A stretch of 26,735 nt of DNA from Rickettsiales bacterium (GTDB taxonomy: Bacteria > Pseudomonadota > Alphaproteobacteria > Rickettsiales > UBA1997). Both the position numbers and the translations under genes were made by a program. This document shows positions 7,907 through 17,263 of this stretch, one piece after another. The stretch covers positions 1-26,735 of the forward strand of contig JBLHNE010000001.1 of the NCBI GenBank assembly GCA_047619265.1. The letters are read 5' to 3'. Position 1 is the stretch's first letter, and the number at the start of each line of letters is the position of its first letter. The notes beneath the pieces were generated by a model, which saw nothing but the letters and a program-made list of their open reading frames with translations, ran no database searches and was not told the DNA's origin.

Positions 7907-10768
7907 TTAAAATAGATCAAACACATTTCTAATTCCACCTGGAATTATTGCTGATGCGGGGTTAATGCTAAATTTACCTTCATTGTCGTCTTTTTTGATA
8001 TAATCATAGCGAACTGCAAAAATTCCGCCGCCTTCTTCACCAACAATAATACTTCCTAAAATTGGAATTCTACCGATACCAAATAATTTATTTAGGGCAT
8101 ATCCTGGGATAATTAATCCTTTTAAGAAAATATCATTATTGTCTAAATTAATTTCTCCTTTAGCAGTAAAGCCCATTGTGTAGCTATTGGCGATTAAAGT
8201 ATTGATGTTTATTACTCCACCATTCAAGGCGAATTTTAGTTTTAGGTTGTCAAATTGAGTTTCGTTACTGTTTAAGATTTTATTTTTTAATTTAGCAAAA
8301 ACATTATTTTTGTAAATTTTTTCTACCACTTCATTTTTTAGAATTGTGAAGCCGGAATTAATGTTTATTGTTCCATCTAGGCCATTATCAGTAAATTTTG
8401 CTTCAATTTCTGCATCTCCATCAACCATTTTATTGGATATGCCAAAAGCTTTTGCCAATATTGAGACATCTTCGACTCGCCCCTTTGCTGTGCTTGGTTT
8501 GTTATTTTTTGGTGCAAATATCTTAATATCAATATTTTTTGTTGAATTTAATTTGGCGACAATATGTCCCTTTTCACATTTTGAACCATCACAATTAAAA
8601 TCGATATCTACATCTGATAATTTTTGATCATTTGCCAAATAAACTTCATCTAATGAAATTTTAATATTATTATGCTTAAAATTAATTAAAGATTCATCGC
8701 GATCAGGCCTTAGAATTGATCTTAAATTTACTCTTTCGCCATTTAATTTTAAAGATCGATAATCGTTAGATATTTTATAAGATGCAGCAAATTCGCTATC
8801 TGCGAAACCACGATTTTGTAAATTAAGCTCAGTGATTTTCAAAGGCTCCATTTGCAAGGAGAGATCTCCAGTAATAACTTCTTTTTCTTGATTCCAGGTA
8901 AATCTTTTTAAATATAAATTACTGTTATCAAAGGACAGAATAGTTTTTATTTTGCTGATCTCGCCAATTTTTTTGTTAAGATTTAATCTAGGAGTGTGAA
9001 TTTCTGATTTCGTTAAATCGATTTCTATCGCGAAATCATTATTGCCAAATTCTTTAGTGGTTAAAACTGTTACATCAGCATTTTTAATGCTGTAATTAGT
9101 AAGATTCTCAATATTTGAAGCCACCTTAATGTAAACATCTTTCAATCTTAAATTAGGGTCGATGGGTAATTTAATCTCTAAATTTGTGTGAGAATTGCCA
9201 TTAAAATATTTACTAACTCCTTTGGCAAATTGGCTTTTATAGCTAATATGTTTAAGGGAATCTTCTGCTGCGCCGTAAATATTGCCTTTAATTTCAAGCA
9301 TTACTTTTGAGGAATGAAAATTTGGAATTGCTACGGTGGCAAAATTAATTTTGCTTTTTAAAACATCTCCTCTGGAAATATCAATTTGCATCTGCTTTTG
9401 ATTAAAATAGGCAATTCCACCAACTTTTGATAAAGTAGGGAATTCTTTGTCATATTCCAAGCTTAAGCCGGAAAATGCCAGTTCTGATTCAATTTTTTGT
9501 AAATGGTTAGATCCATTTTTACGCCCCATAATCATTGTTGCGTAGCCATCTTGAATTACTCCATCTTGAATATGACTTAAAAACCAATCACGTATATTGT
9601 TCTGGTTTAAGAATGTTGGCCAAAGAAGTTTTAGAGAGTTGGTTGGAACATCACCGACTCTAAATTGCATCAAGGTTTTTTGTAGTTTGGAATCAAGAAA
9701 ATTATTGGTTGATAAAGACATGGCAAATTTAACATCGTCAAATTTGCAATCTAAATTATCTAAGGAAAAAGTTTTAAGGTTGTTATCTAGTTTTCCTGAA
9801 GCACTAAAATCTTGTAGGTTTATTTTATCGCTGAAGAATGCTGGGTAATGAAAACTTGAAGATTTAGACGTGATATTAAAATCGACCGTTTCCAGTTTTT
9901 TTTCTGCGGTTGCCACAAAGTTAACGGTTCCATCAAAACTACCGGTAATTTGTGTTAGTGCTGATAATTTTTTATCAAAAGATGAGATAGTTAAAGGTAT
10001 GAAATCTTTAAAGTTGATATTGCATTTTAGGCCATCATTTTTCTTGAATTTACAATTTGCCTCCGCCGTCAAGTCTGCTTCTTCAGGGTTGAAGCTAATG
10101 GTGTTTTCAGTCTTTAAATTGAGATAACCATCTGCGAAGAAAGTTGATATTGTCGCCTCTTTTATGGTTATGATTTTACTTCTATTTTTATTTTTGAGCT
10201 TAATTTTTCCATCAATAATTGTGAAATGCTTGATGGCAACCTGACTCTCATTTAGAGATATGAAAATTGATAATAGGTTGTGGAAATATTCTTTTTGCAA
10301 CAATAATTCTTGCGCATCAATTTCTTCTTTTCCATCTTCAAGAGCTATTTGAGCTTTTCCGCTGCTATTATCAATGACAATTTTGGGTGAAATTATTCTG
10401 ATTTCAGAGGGAAATATTTTGAAAAGAATTAAGTTAAAAATTGAGAATTCAGCTTCAATTTGAGGTAGAATTAAATCCTTTTTTTCGTCATTAATTAATT
10501 TTACATCATCAAATTTAATAATTATTTTGTAAAATTGGGAGAACTCGATCGAAGATTCCCCGATTTTAACATTTAAGCTTGAATGAAGGTTTTGATTAAT
10601 TCTTTCTTCAATTTTATGAGTTAAAAATGGAAATGATTTAGGTTTGGAGGAAATTAAAACCAGAAAATAGATTGCTGATATCAAAACAATCAGCAATCCA
10701 GAAGAAAGAATCGCTGATAGAATTTGAAGCGCGGTATTTATTTTTGATTTTTTTGATTTTACTGCCAT
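7907..10768 (-). CDS. AsmA-like / DUF3971 (YhdP-type) envelope protein
   Basis: 953 aa. N-terminal TM helix, beta-rich body, LWP...N.RDWFLSHIQDG motif, and an AsmA-type C-terminus (GFTAKGEINL...GLIIP...IPILG.II.GEEGGGIFA). Confidence 0.8.
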   Translation of the reverse strand: MAVKSKKSKINTALQILSAILSSGLLIVLISAIYFLVLISSKPKSFPFLTHKIEERINQNLHSSLNVKIGESSIEFSQFYKIIIKFDDVKLINDEKKDLILPQIEAEFSIFNLILFKIFPSEIRIISPKIVIDNSSGKAQIALEDGKEEIDAQELLLQKEYFHNLLSIFISLNESQVAIKHFTIIDGKIKLKNKNRSKIITIKEATISTFFADGYLNLKTENTISFNPEEADLTAEANCKFKKNDGLKCNINFKDFIPLTISSFDKKLSALTQITGSFDGTVNFVATAEKKLETVDFNITSKSSSFHYPAFFSDKINLQDFSASGKLDNNLKTFSLDNLDCKFDDVKFAMSLSTNNFLDSKLQKTLMQFRVGDVPTNSLKLLWPTFLNQNNIRDWFLSHIQDGVIQDGYATMIMGRKNGSNHLQKIESELAFSGLSLEYDKEFPTLSKVGGIAYFNQKQMQIDISRGDVLKSKINFATVAIPNFHSSKVMLEIKGNIYGAAEDSLKHISYKSQFAKGVSKYFNGNSHTNLEIKLPIDPNLRLKDVYIKVASNIENLTNYSIKNADVTVLTTKEFGNNDFAIEIDLTKSEIHTPRLNLNKKIGEISKIKTILSFDNSNLYLKRFTWNQEKEVITGDLSLQMEPLKITELNLQNRGFADSEFAASYKISNDYRSLKLNGERVNLRSILRPDRDESLINFKHNNIKISLDEVYLANDQKLSDVDIDFNCDGSKCEKGHIVAKLNSTKNIDIKIFAPKNNKPSTAKGRVEDVSILAKAFGISNKMVDGDAEIEAKFTDNGLDGTININSGFTILKNEVVEKIYKNNVFAKLKNKILNSNETQFDNLKLKFALNGGVININTLIANSYTMGFTAKGEINLDNNDIFLKGLIIPGYALNKLFGIGRIPILGSIIVGEEGGGIFAVRYDYIKKDDNEGKFSINPASAIIPGGIRNVFDLF

Positions 10769-10821
10769 GGATTAATTTGCGCCTTAAGGCAATGGAAATT
10801 GGCCAATATGTTGGCCAATAT

Positions 10822-11874
10822 CTATTGATCTTTTTTAACTACTCGATAATTAGGAACGGAAAAAATAATATTAGAATTATCATTACTATCTGAAACCTCA
10901 AGATGTAAACCTTGGCTACTCAGAACATCTGAAGAAATAGAGTTTAAAATTTGATTTTCCAAAATATCTTTTTCAATTCTAGCCTTTGGATAAATAATAA
11001 AAATTAACTGATCAAAATGATCGTTAAAGATTGCAATTTCTATGTTGCTATCCTCTTTTAACTTTAAAATCCCGCCAATTAATTTTTTAATAATTTCATT
11101 AAAAATTATTTTATTAATTTTAATATTAGGCAAATCATTATTATCTGAATAAGAGATTTTGATTTGTGATTTGAATTTATTATTTAACCCACCGATAAAA
11201 TCTTGAATCAATTGTAAGGGTTCTAAAATTTCATCTTCAACGTCTATTTGATCAGAAATTGCTGATCCGCTTAAGAAATTATTAACTATGGTTTTTAGTT
11301 TTATGGAGTTGAAGTATATTTTATTGATATCGTCTAGATATTTTTTATGAGGCAATGGACCATAAATTTCATCGCGCAAGGCTTTAGAAATATTATTGAT
11401 CATATCAACATATTGAAGCATTTCATTTGGTGCAATATTAGAAATTTGAGTTTTCAAATTACTGATATTTTTAGTGAAAACCTCTTTTTGCTTTTTAAGG
11501 CTGGAGGTTTTTTCCTTAATTTTGGCATCTAGCATTTCAAAATCGACCGGTTTAACGAGATAGTCGCTAGCACCCAGTTTAGATCCTTTTAAAATATCGT
11601 CTCTTTGCCCGAGCGCAGATAAGAAAATGAAGGGAATATTGCTATTATCGATTTCTTTATTGTTTCTGATTGATTCTAGAAGTTGGTGACCATCGGCAAT
11701 CGGCATCATAACATCGGAAATAATTAAATCGGGTCTTTTGTCTAAAAACACTTCCAAACCTTGCTTGCCATCTTCGGCTTGAAAAATCTCAAACCCATCG
11801 CTTTCTAGAATTTCAGCAAGAGATAATCTAATTTCTGGCTCATCTTCAACTAGAAGGATTTTTATTTTGTTCAT
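10822..11874 (-). CDS. Response-regulator receiver fused to a degenerate HisKA/HATPase (pseudo-kinase) region
   Basis: The receiver has E10-D11, phospho-acceptor D54, S86 and K108-P. The C-terminal half resembles PleC/DivJ-type DHp (SKALRDEIYGPL...Y) but lacks the His and the N/G boxes. Confidence 0.8.
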   Translation of the reverse strand: MNKIKILLVEDEPEIRLSLAEILESDGFEIFQAEDGKQGLEVFLDKRPDLIISDVMMPIADGHQLLESIRNNKEIDNSNIPFIFLSALGQRDDILKGSKLGASDYLVKPVDFEMLDAKIKEKTSSLKKQKEVFTKNISNLKTQISNIAPNEMLQYVDMINNISKALRDEIYGPLPHKKYLDDINKIYFNSIKLKTIVNNFLSGSAISDQIDVEDEILEPLQLIQDFIGGLNNKFKSQIKISYSDNNDLPNIKINKIIFNEIIKKLIGGILKLKEDSNIEIAIFNDHFDQLIFIIYPKARIEKDILENQILNSISSDVLSSQGLHLEVSDSNDNSNIIFSVPNYRVVKKDQ

Positions 11875-11951
11875 AAAATCTATTTTTGAATTTGAATTAA
11901 AGTTCTTATCTGATTTAAGGAGTTTGGAATGTATTAATCTACTTAATTTTT

Positions 11952-13205
11952 CTATTCAACTATTTTTGCTCCAGCAAAATTTCTCATCACTTCGCCAATT
12001 AAATCTTGGTTGGAATTGCCGCTTGAAACAGGGTTTGTATTTTCGATCGGAGTCTTTATTTCACCAGCATTTTTTGTAATAATTTGCTCCAAATTAGGAA
12101 GTTCAGCCAAATAGCACATTCTAACTATGAGCATTTCCATAGTCATTTTTTGCGAAGCGGAATTAGCCAGTTCTGCACCACCTTTTAAGAGCATTTGCCA
12201 AATGCGAATTAAATCTGCCAAACTAGCTTTATCTGCTAAATTTTTAATGTTTTCTAAAGCGGTGACTGAGAAAGAATGAGGCTTTAAATGGATAGTTTTA
12301 TTTAAAATAACAATGTGAGTAATTTTTTGTAAATCAATAATCAAGCTGATTAAATCGGTTGAGTTTTCATAGAATTTTTCTACAGATTCGATTGCCAAAT
12401 TAACATTTCCTTCAAGAATGCTAGTTAATAATTCGATGATTTTATTTTTATCATTCAGACCCAAAACTTCTTCTACTGAAATTGCGGTTAATTCTGGCTG
12501 ATAATTATTATGCGATAGAATTCTATCGGTAATTGAAAGTGCATCTCGCACTGAACCATCGGCGCTTTCAGCAATTAAATTTAATGCCATTTCTTCGGCG
12601 CTAAAATTTTCTTTTTGTAGAATATTTTTTAAATGTAGCGCTAATTCTGTAGAATCTAATCGGCGCAAATCGAAACGCTGACAACGAGAAAGAACCGTGA
12701 TGGGAACTTTGCGAATTTCTGTGGTGGCGAAGATAAATTTTATGTGTGCTGGCGGCTCTTCCAATGTTTTAAGTAGGGCATTAAAGGCACTATTTGAAAG
12801 CATGTGAACTTCATCGATAATGTAGACTTTGTATCTTCCTGCGGCTGGGGAATATTGAATTCCATCGATTAAAGCGCGAATATCGTCGACGCCAGTTTTT
12901 GAGGCGGCATCAATTTCCATAACGTCTGGATGGCTTGATTTGGAAATAGAGGTGCAATTAAAACAAACTCCGCAAGGCATTCTGGCAATTGCAGAAGATC
13001 CATCTTCGCCCAAGCAATTTAGGGCTTTGGCAATAATTCTGGCTGTGGTGGTTTTTCCAACTCCACGAATTCCAGTTAAAATGAATGAATGAGCAATTTT
13101 TTGATTATCAATGGCATTTGCTAGAGTTTGAACTAGAACTTCTTGACCAACTAACTCATCGAAATTATTAGGGCGATATTTACGAGCTAGAACTTGATAA
13201 GACAT
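11952..13205 (-). CDS. dnaX: DNA polymerase III subunit gamma/tau (short, 417 aa)
   Basis: Starts MSYQVLARKYRP. Walker A GIRGVGKTT, Zn module (C..CGVCFNC), DEVH and SRC motifs. Confidence 0.95.
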   Translation of the reverse strand: MSYQVLARKYRPNNFDELVGQEVLVQTLANAIDNQKIAHSFILTGIRGVGKTTTARIIAKALNCLGEDGSSAIARMPCGVCFNCTSISKSSHPDVMEIDAASKTGVDDIRALIDGIQYSPAAGRYKVYIIDEVHMLSNSAFNALLKTLEEPPAHIKFIFATTEIRKVPITVLSRCQRFDLRRLDSTELALHLKNILQKENFSAEEMALNLIAESADGSVRDALSITDRILSHNNYQPELTAISVEEVLGLNDKNKIIELLTSILEGNVNLAIESVEKFYENSTDLISLIIDLQKITHIVILNKTIHLKPHSFSVTALENIKNLADKASLADLIRIWQMLLKGGAELANSASQKMTMEMLIVRMCYLAELPNLEQIITKNAGEIKTPIENTNPVSSGNSNQDLIGEVMRNFAGAKIVE

Positions 13206-13293
13206 ATTAATGAGTTTTGAGTAGGAGAGTTTTAGGTGGTAGAAATGAGTTGTAAGGTTCTAGTTGATTAAACTTGCAACAACTGGATTTCTT

Positions 13294-13382
13294 AGGAAAC
13301 AAGTCGACCCGCTAAAATTTTGCCAGACTGCTTCTTTTCAGATCTGATCTATTAACCAAATCAAGCGCCCGTCTTGTTTCCC
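13294..13382 (-). ncRNA. ffs: Signal recognition particle RNA (4.5S)
   Basis: Terminal stem GGGAAACAAG/CTTGTTTCCT. The core AGATCAGATCT-GAAA-AGAAGCAGTCT matches the SRP helix-8 consensus (GGUCAGGUCC-GGAA-GGAAGCAGCC) with compensatory changes. Its position upstream of dnaX is typical. Confidence 0.9.
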
Positions 13383-13389
13383 GCTCAAA

Positions 13390-13417
13390 ATTATCAAGAG
13401 AGAAAAATTTATTGCAA
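13390..13417 (-). promoter_or_regulatory. Sigma70-type promoter for ffs
   Basis: TTGCAA (13417-13412), 16-nt spacer, GATAAT (13395-13390), 7 nt before the ffs 5' end. Confidence 0.6.
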
Positions 13418-13448
13418 GTGGTTTAGCAGGTTTTGGAATTTTTTAATC

Positions 13449-13892
13449 TTAGCGTGGAGATTTTAGGTTTTTAATTTGGTTTAGAACCCAGATTTGAGCT
13501 TTTTCAATATCGTTGTATCGAAAAGTTTTAACCTCGGCGTGAACCCTTTTTCTGGCGGTAATAGCCACAATCTTGGTGAAAAATCCACCCATTGAAAGTG
13601 CAGCTTTTTTAAATTTGTAATGATTATTCTCAGCAAATTTAAAATATTCGGCGCGATTTTGAGTTGAAACCCAATAAGGAAATTTTTTGGAATTGACGAT
13701 AATTCCTTTTAGTTCGCCATGTTTTGAGAAATATGGATCGATGATATCGGCAATAATATTAAAATCTTCCTCGGTAAAAGGGTTTTTTACATCTAAAAAA
13801 AGAACTCCTTCTTCTGGTTCGAATTGGCAGAATAGTTTATTAGGCGTGGTTATTTCCTGAAAAATAACTTCAAGATCAGCTTCTTCCATCAT
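13449..13892 (-). CDS. STAS/SEC14 (SpoIIAA-like) domain protein
   Basis: 147 aa. Family-like pattern: P.T.EDF..IADIIDPY...HGELKGIIV...FPYW...HH.KFKKAAL...EVKTFRY.DIEKAQIWV. Confidence 0.75.
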   Translation of the reverse strand: MMEEADLEVIFQEITTPNKLFCQFEPEEGVLFLDVKNPFTEEDFNIIADIIDPYFSKHGELKGIIVNSKKFPYWVSTQNRAEYFKFAENNHYKFKKAALSMGGFFTKIVAITARKRVHAEVKTFRYNDIEKAQIWVLNQIKNLKSPR

Positions 13893-13920
13893 TGATTTTT
13901 ATTTAAGTTAAAAAATAAAT

Positions 13921-15645
13921 CTAATTTTCCATTAATTTTCGCGCTGCCGCCAAAGATTCTTCGGTAATTTCCTCGGCTGAGAGCATTCGGGCTATTTCTT
14001 GTTCTCTGGTTTCTAAGTTTAAAGCTGCGATTGTGGTTTTAGTAATATTTTGCGTAGTGCTTTTTGAAACTTGCAGATGATGACTAGCTTTTGCGGCAAT
14101 TTGCGGGTGATGAGTTACCACCAGAATTTGTGCATTGCTAGAAAGTAGTTTGAGCCTTTCGCCAACAGCATTTGCAACTGCTCCGCCAATTCCAGAATCT
14201 ATTTCATCAAAAATTAAAGTTGGGGTTGATTTAACTTCTAAAAGCGCAACTTTAAGCGCCAACATGAAACGCGACAATTCTCCGCCAGAAGCAATTTTTG
14301 AAATATCGTCTAAATGGCTGTTGGCATTAGTTGCAGCGGCGAATTTAATGTTGTCGATGCCGTTTTTGTTGTAATTTTCTGGATTTAATTTTTCAATTAC
14401 AACTTCGAATTTAACTGCGGCCATTTTTAAATATCTCAGCTCATTTTCAACTTTATGGGTTAGTTTAGCGCCTGCCTCAATTCTTGATTTTCTAAGTTCT
14501 TCAGCTTTTTCTAAATATTCTTTTTCTAAAATATTTTTTTGTTTGAGCAAATCTTCTGCTGCAACTTTAAAGCTCTTAACTATTGATAGTTTTTCATAGG
14601 TATTTTCCAGAAAATAAGGGAGATCGGTGGTGGCAATATTAAATTTTCTGGAGAGGCTTCTGATTAAAAATAGTCTTTCTTCGATTTCGTCTAGATCGTA
14701 GTTTCTGCCGCCAATTCCTGATATTGCCGAATTGACAATATTTTTTGCCAGATCGTTTCTGGCGGAAATTTCATCTAGAATATTAATTAATTCTTCTAGA
14801 ATATTTTCCGGTGTATTCTCTTTAGAATTATCTTTGACATTATCTGAATCGCTTTCTTTTTGATTCAATAAGCTTCCTAAATTTTGATTGCGAATTAAAG
14901 CTTTACTGGCGGAAAAAATTCTGTTGTCAGCCTCGTTAACAGAGCTTAAAACTTCACTTAAAAGGTTGGTAATTTTTTCACCATTTAAAATTAATTCTCT
15001 TCTTCCTGATAAAATTTCTTCCTCTCCAGATTCAGCGTTGGCGCTTTTAAGCTCTTTAATAATATGCTCTAAATAATCTTTCTCTCTTTCATTTGCTTCG
15101 GCTTCGTCATTTAATTTTTGTAATTGTTTTTTAACATTTTCCAGCGAGCCAAAGGTTTGATTAACTTCTAAAATTAAATTTTTGTGATTGGCGTATGAGT
15201 CGAGAATGACGCGATGAAAGATTGGTTCTAGAAGGCTGCTAGCGGAATGTTGGCCGTGAATTTCAATGAGGCTGGATCCGACTTTATTGAGCAGATTAAC
15301 GCCAACAGAAATATCGTTTACAAAGGCTTTGCTGCCATTTTCGGTTAATATTCTTCTTAAAATTAAGAGATTGGAATTTTCAAAATTGGAAAGCCCATTT
15401 TCGCGCAAAATTTCCTGACAGATTAAGTTGTTTGAAATGTCGAATTCTGCCACTACTAAACCTTGATTTTCTCCTTTGCGCAGCAATCTGTTGCTAGATC
15501 TGTAGCCAATTGCAAGGCCAAGGGCATCGAGCAAAATTGATTTTCCTGATCCGGTCTCGCCAGTTAAAACTGAGAAATTATTTTCTAATTTAATTTCGAG
15601 CCGATCAATTAAAACAATATTGTGAATTAAAATTGAATGAAGCAC
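13921..15645 (-). CDS. recN: DNA repair protein RecN
   Basis: GTG start. Walker A TGETGSGKS, IHGQH, signature SGGELSRF, Walker B IFDEID, VTHHPQ. Confidence 0.96.
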   Translation of the reverse strand: MLHSILIHNIVLIDRLEIKLENNFSVLTGETGSGKSILLDALGLAIGYRSSNRLLRKGENQGLVVAEFDISNNLICQEILRENGLSNFENSNLLILRRILTENGSKAFVNDISVGVNLLNKVGSSLIEIHGQHSASSLLEPIFHRVILDSYANHKNLILEVNQTFGSLENVKKQLQKLNDEAEANEREKDYLEHIIKELKSANAESGEEEILSGRRELILNGEKITNLLSEVLSSVNEADNRIFSASKALIRNQNLGSLLNQKESDSDNVKDNSKENTPENILEELINILDEISARNDLAKNIVNSAISGIGGRNYDLDEIEERLFLIRSLSRKFNIATTDLPYFLENTYEKLSIVKSFKVAAEDLLKQKNILEKEYLEKAEELRKSRIEAGAKLTHKVENELRYLKMAAVKFEVVIEKLNPENYNKNGIDNIKFAAATNANSHLDDISKIASGGELSRFMLALKVALLEVKSTPTLIFDEIDSGIGGAVANAVGERLKLLSSNAQILVVTHHPQIAAKASHHLQVSKSTTQNITKTTIAALNLETREQEIARMLSAEEITEESLAAARKLMEN

Positions 15646-15803
15646 TAGATTTGCAGGTGTTTAAGGAGAAAAAATTGAAGTTTCATAAGTTACTTAATTG
15701 GTCGTCAATTATCAATATTAATCAGTCGCTGTAATATCAAATTAAAGCTATTTTTTGAAAATCCTTATTTGGCCCGATTTTCTATTCAAAAAAATTAATT
15801 TTT

Positions 15804-16634
15804 TTAAAAAATATTTGCCATTCCATCTTGCACAATCTTCTCATTTAAAAAGACCCCATTTTCAAAAATCTCAATTTTGCTTTGACCAGAAGTTTCGCTT
15901 GTCGATGTTAGTGGGTAAAAAATATCGCCAATAAACCTGCCAAAAATATCTACCTTGTTGGTGCGAACTACAACTTCACCTAAACTTGCCGCCAAATCTC
16001 GCAAATATCGGAAGGAATTTTGCCCTGCATCTGTTTTTATTTCTGGTGCGTCAATTTGCGCTAAGCGAATTCGCTGTTTTTTAAAAATATTAAAACCAAG
16101 ATCAACATTTAAAATTAGAGTGTCGCCATCAACCACATCAAGAATTTGAGCTTGGTAGAGGTAGTTGGCTTTAGTTGGTCTTTGAATTTTTTTGGACGAA
16201 ATTTCTCCACCAGAATTATTAATATTCTTAAGTTGCACTCCTAATTTTCCTGCTGACCAGCCTTCAAATTTAGCTTTTTCCTCTAAATCTAGCCGCAAAA
16301 CTTCATCGTTAATGGTGATTAAATAGCGGTAATGCGACCAAGAAAGTGTGCTATTAATGGGTAAATTGGGGTATGTAAGGAAAAATTGCACTGAACGGGT
16401 TAGGGTGTTTTTGCTAATTTTCAAATCATCAGAAAGTTGATTAATGATGAGCTGTGAATAATTGGCATTTTCGCTCATTTTTTCCAAATCAATTCTTTTG
16501 CCAATTTGCCAATAGGTTTGAACTAATTGATTTTTAGCGAATGTTTCAATCTTTTCTTTTGTGGCGAAAATGAGATTTGCTAGGTCTGCAGAGAGTTTTG
16601 AATATTGGCTTGCGTTGAGAATTTGATTTTCCAT
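15804..16634 (-). CDS. DUF1016 N-terminal domain fused to a thermonuclease (SNase) domain
   Basis: The N-terminal half has YhcG/DUF1016-N hallmarks (YWQIGKRI, LSWSHYRYL, R..LEEKA..EGWS). The C-terminal half has SNase motifs VVDGDT(169-172), IRLAQIDAPE (R190, D195, E198) and DIFGR (R233). No signal peptide is seen. Confidence 0.8.
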   Translation of the reverse strand: MENQILNASQYSKLSADLANLIFATKEKIETFAKNQLVQTYWQIGKRIDLEKMSENANYSQLIINQLSDDLKISKNTLTRSVQFFLTYPNLPINSTLSWSHYRYLITINDEVLRLDLEEKAKFEGWSAGKLGVQLKNINNSGGEISSKKIQRPTKANYLYQAQILDVVDGDTLILNVDLGFNIFKKQRIRLAQIDAPEIKTDAGQNSFRYLRDLAASLGEVVVRTNKVDIFGRFIGDIFYPLTSTSETSGQSKIEIFENGVFLNEKIVQDGMANIF

Positions 16635-16661
16635 TTTGAGTTGATTTAAGAATTATTTAAA

Positions 16662-16681
16662 AAATCCCCGCACGGGGATTT
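16662..16681. repeat. Perfect GC-rich palindrome AAATCCCCG-CA-CGGGGATTT
   Basis: 9-bp arms with a 2-nt centre, 27 nt upstream of the DUF1016-SNase ATG. Confidence 0.85.
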
Positions 16682-16853
16682 ATGTAATATTAAATTTTTA
16701 ATTCTACAGGTAAGAAATTAAGGAATCTTGAGAAAATTTAGAAACAGCAATAAATAATAGGGTTAAATCTATTTTCTTGAAAAAAGCAGCGACAAGGCTA
16801 ATGTTCAACTAGCTTAACCATCGTTCAAGATGCCTGATCAATAATTTAAAAAT

Positions 16854-17243
16854 ATGTTTGAACTACACAATCAATTAAAAAAAGATACGATTTTGGTTAA
16901 AGATTTAAAGCTTTGCCAAGTTTTATTAATTAAAAATGCGCTTTACCCTTGGTTTGTTTTGGTTCCTAGAAAACCAGATTTGGTGGAAATTATTGATTTA
17001 TCGAAAGATGATCAAATTTTATTGATGGAAGAAATTTCTTTGGTAAGTCAGCAAATTAAAGAAAACTTTAAAGCTGATAAATTAAATATTGCCGCTCTTG
17101 GAAATATGGTTCCCCAGCTGCATATTCACATTATTGCGCGATTTAGAAGCGATGAAACTTTTCCAAATCCAGTTTGGGTAAGCTCTAAAATGGCTGAGTA
17201 TGAGGAAGAAGAAATTCAGAGAATTATTGAGATTATGAAATAG
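16854..17243 (+). CDS. HIT-family hydrolase
   Basis: 129 aa. Motifs YPWFVLVPR, DKLNIAALGNMVPQLHIHIIAR, and PNPVW. Confidence 0.9.
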   Translation: MFELHNQLKKDTILVKDLKLCQVLLIKNALYPWFVLVPRKPDLVEIIDLSKDDQILLMEEISLVSQQIKENFKADKLNIAALGNMVPQLHIHIIARFRSDETFPNPVWVSSKMAEYEEEEIQRIIEIMK

Positions 17244-17263
17244 ATTCTAATTTTGCAAAATCT

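Noticed and set aside
15646-15803. LexA box upstream of recN
   Set aside because: No GTTC-N7-GTTC or GAAC-N7-GAAC motif is seen.
16663-16690. TTATGTAATAT as a Xer arm next to the palindrome
   Set aside because: There is no partner arm at 6-8 nt spacing.
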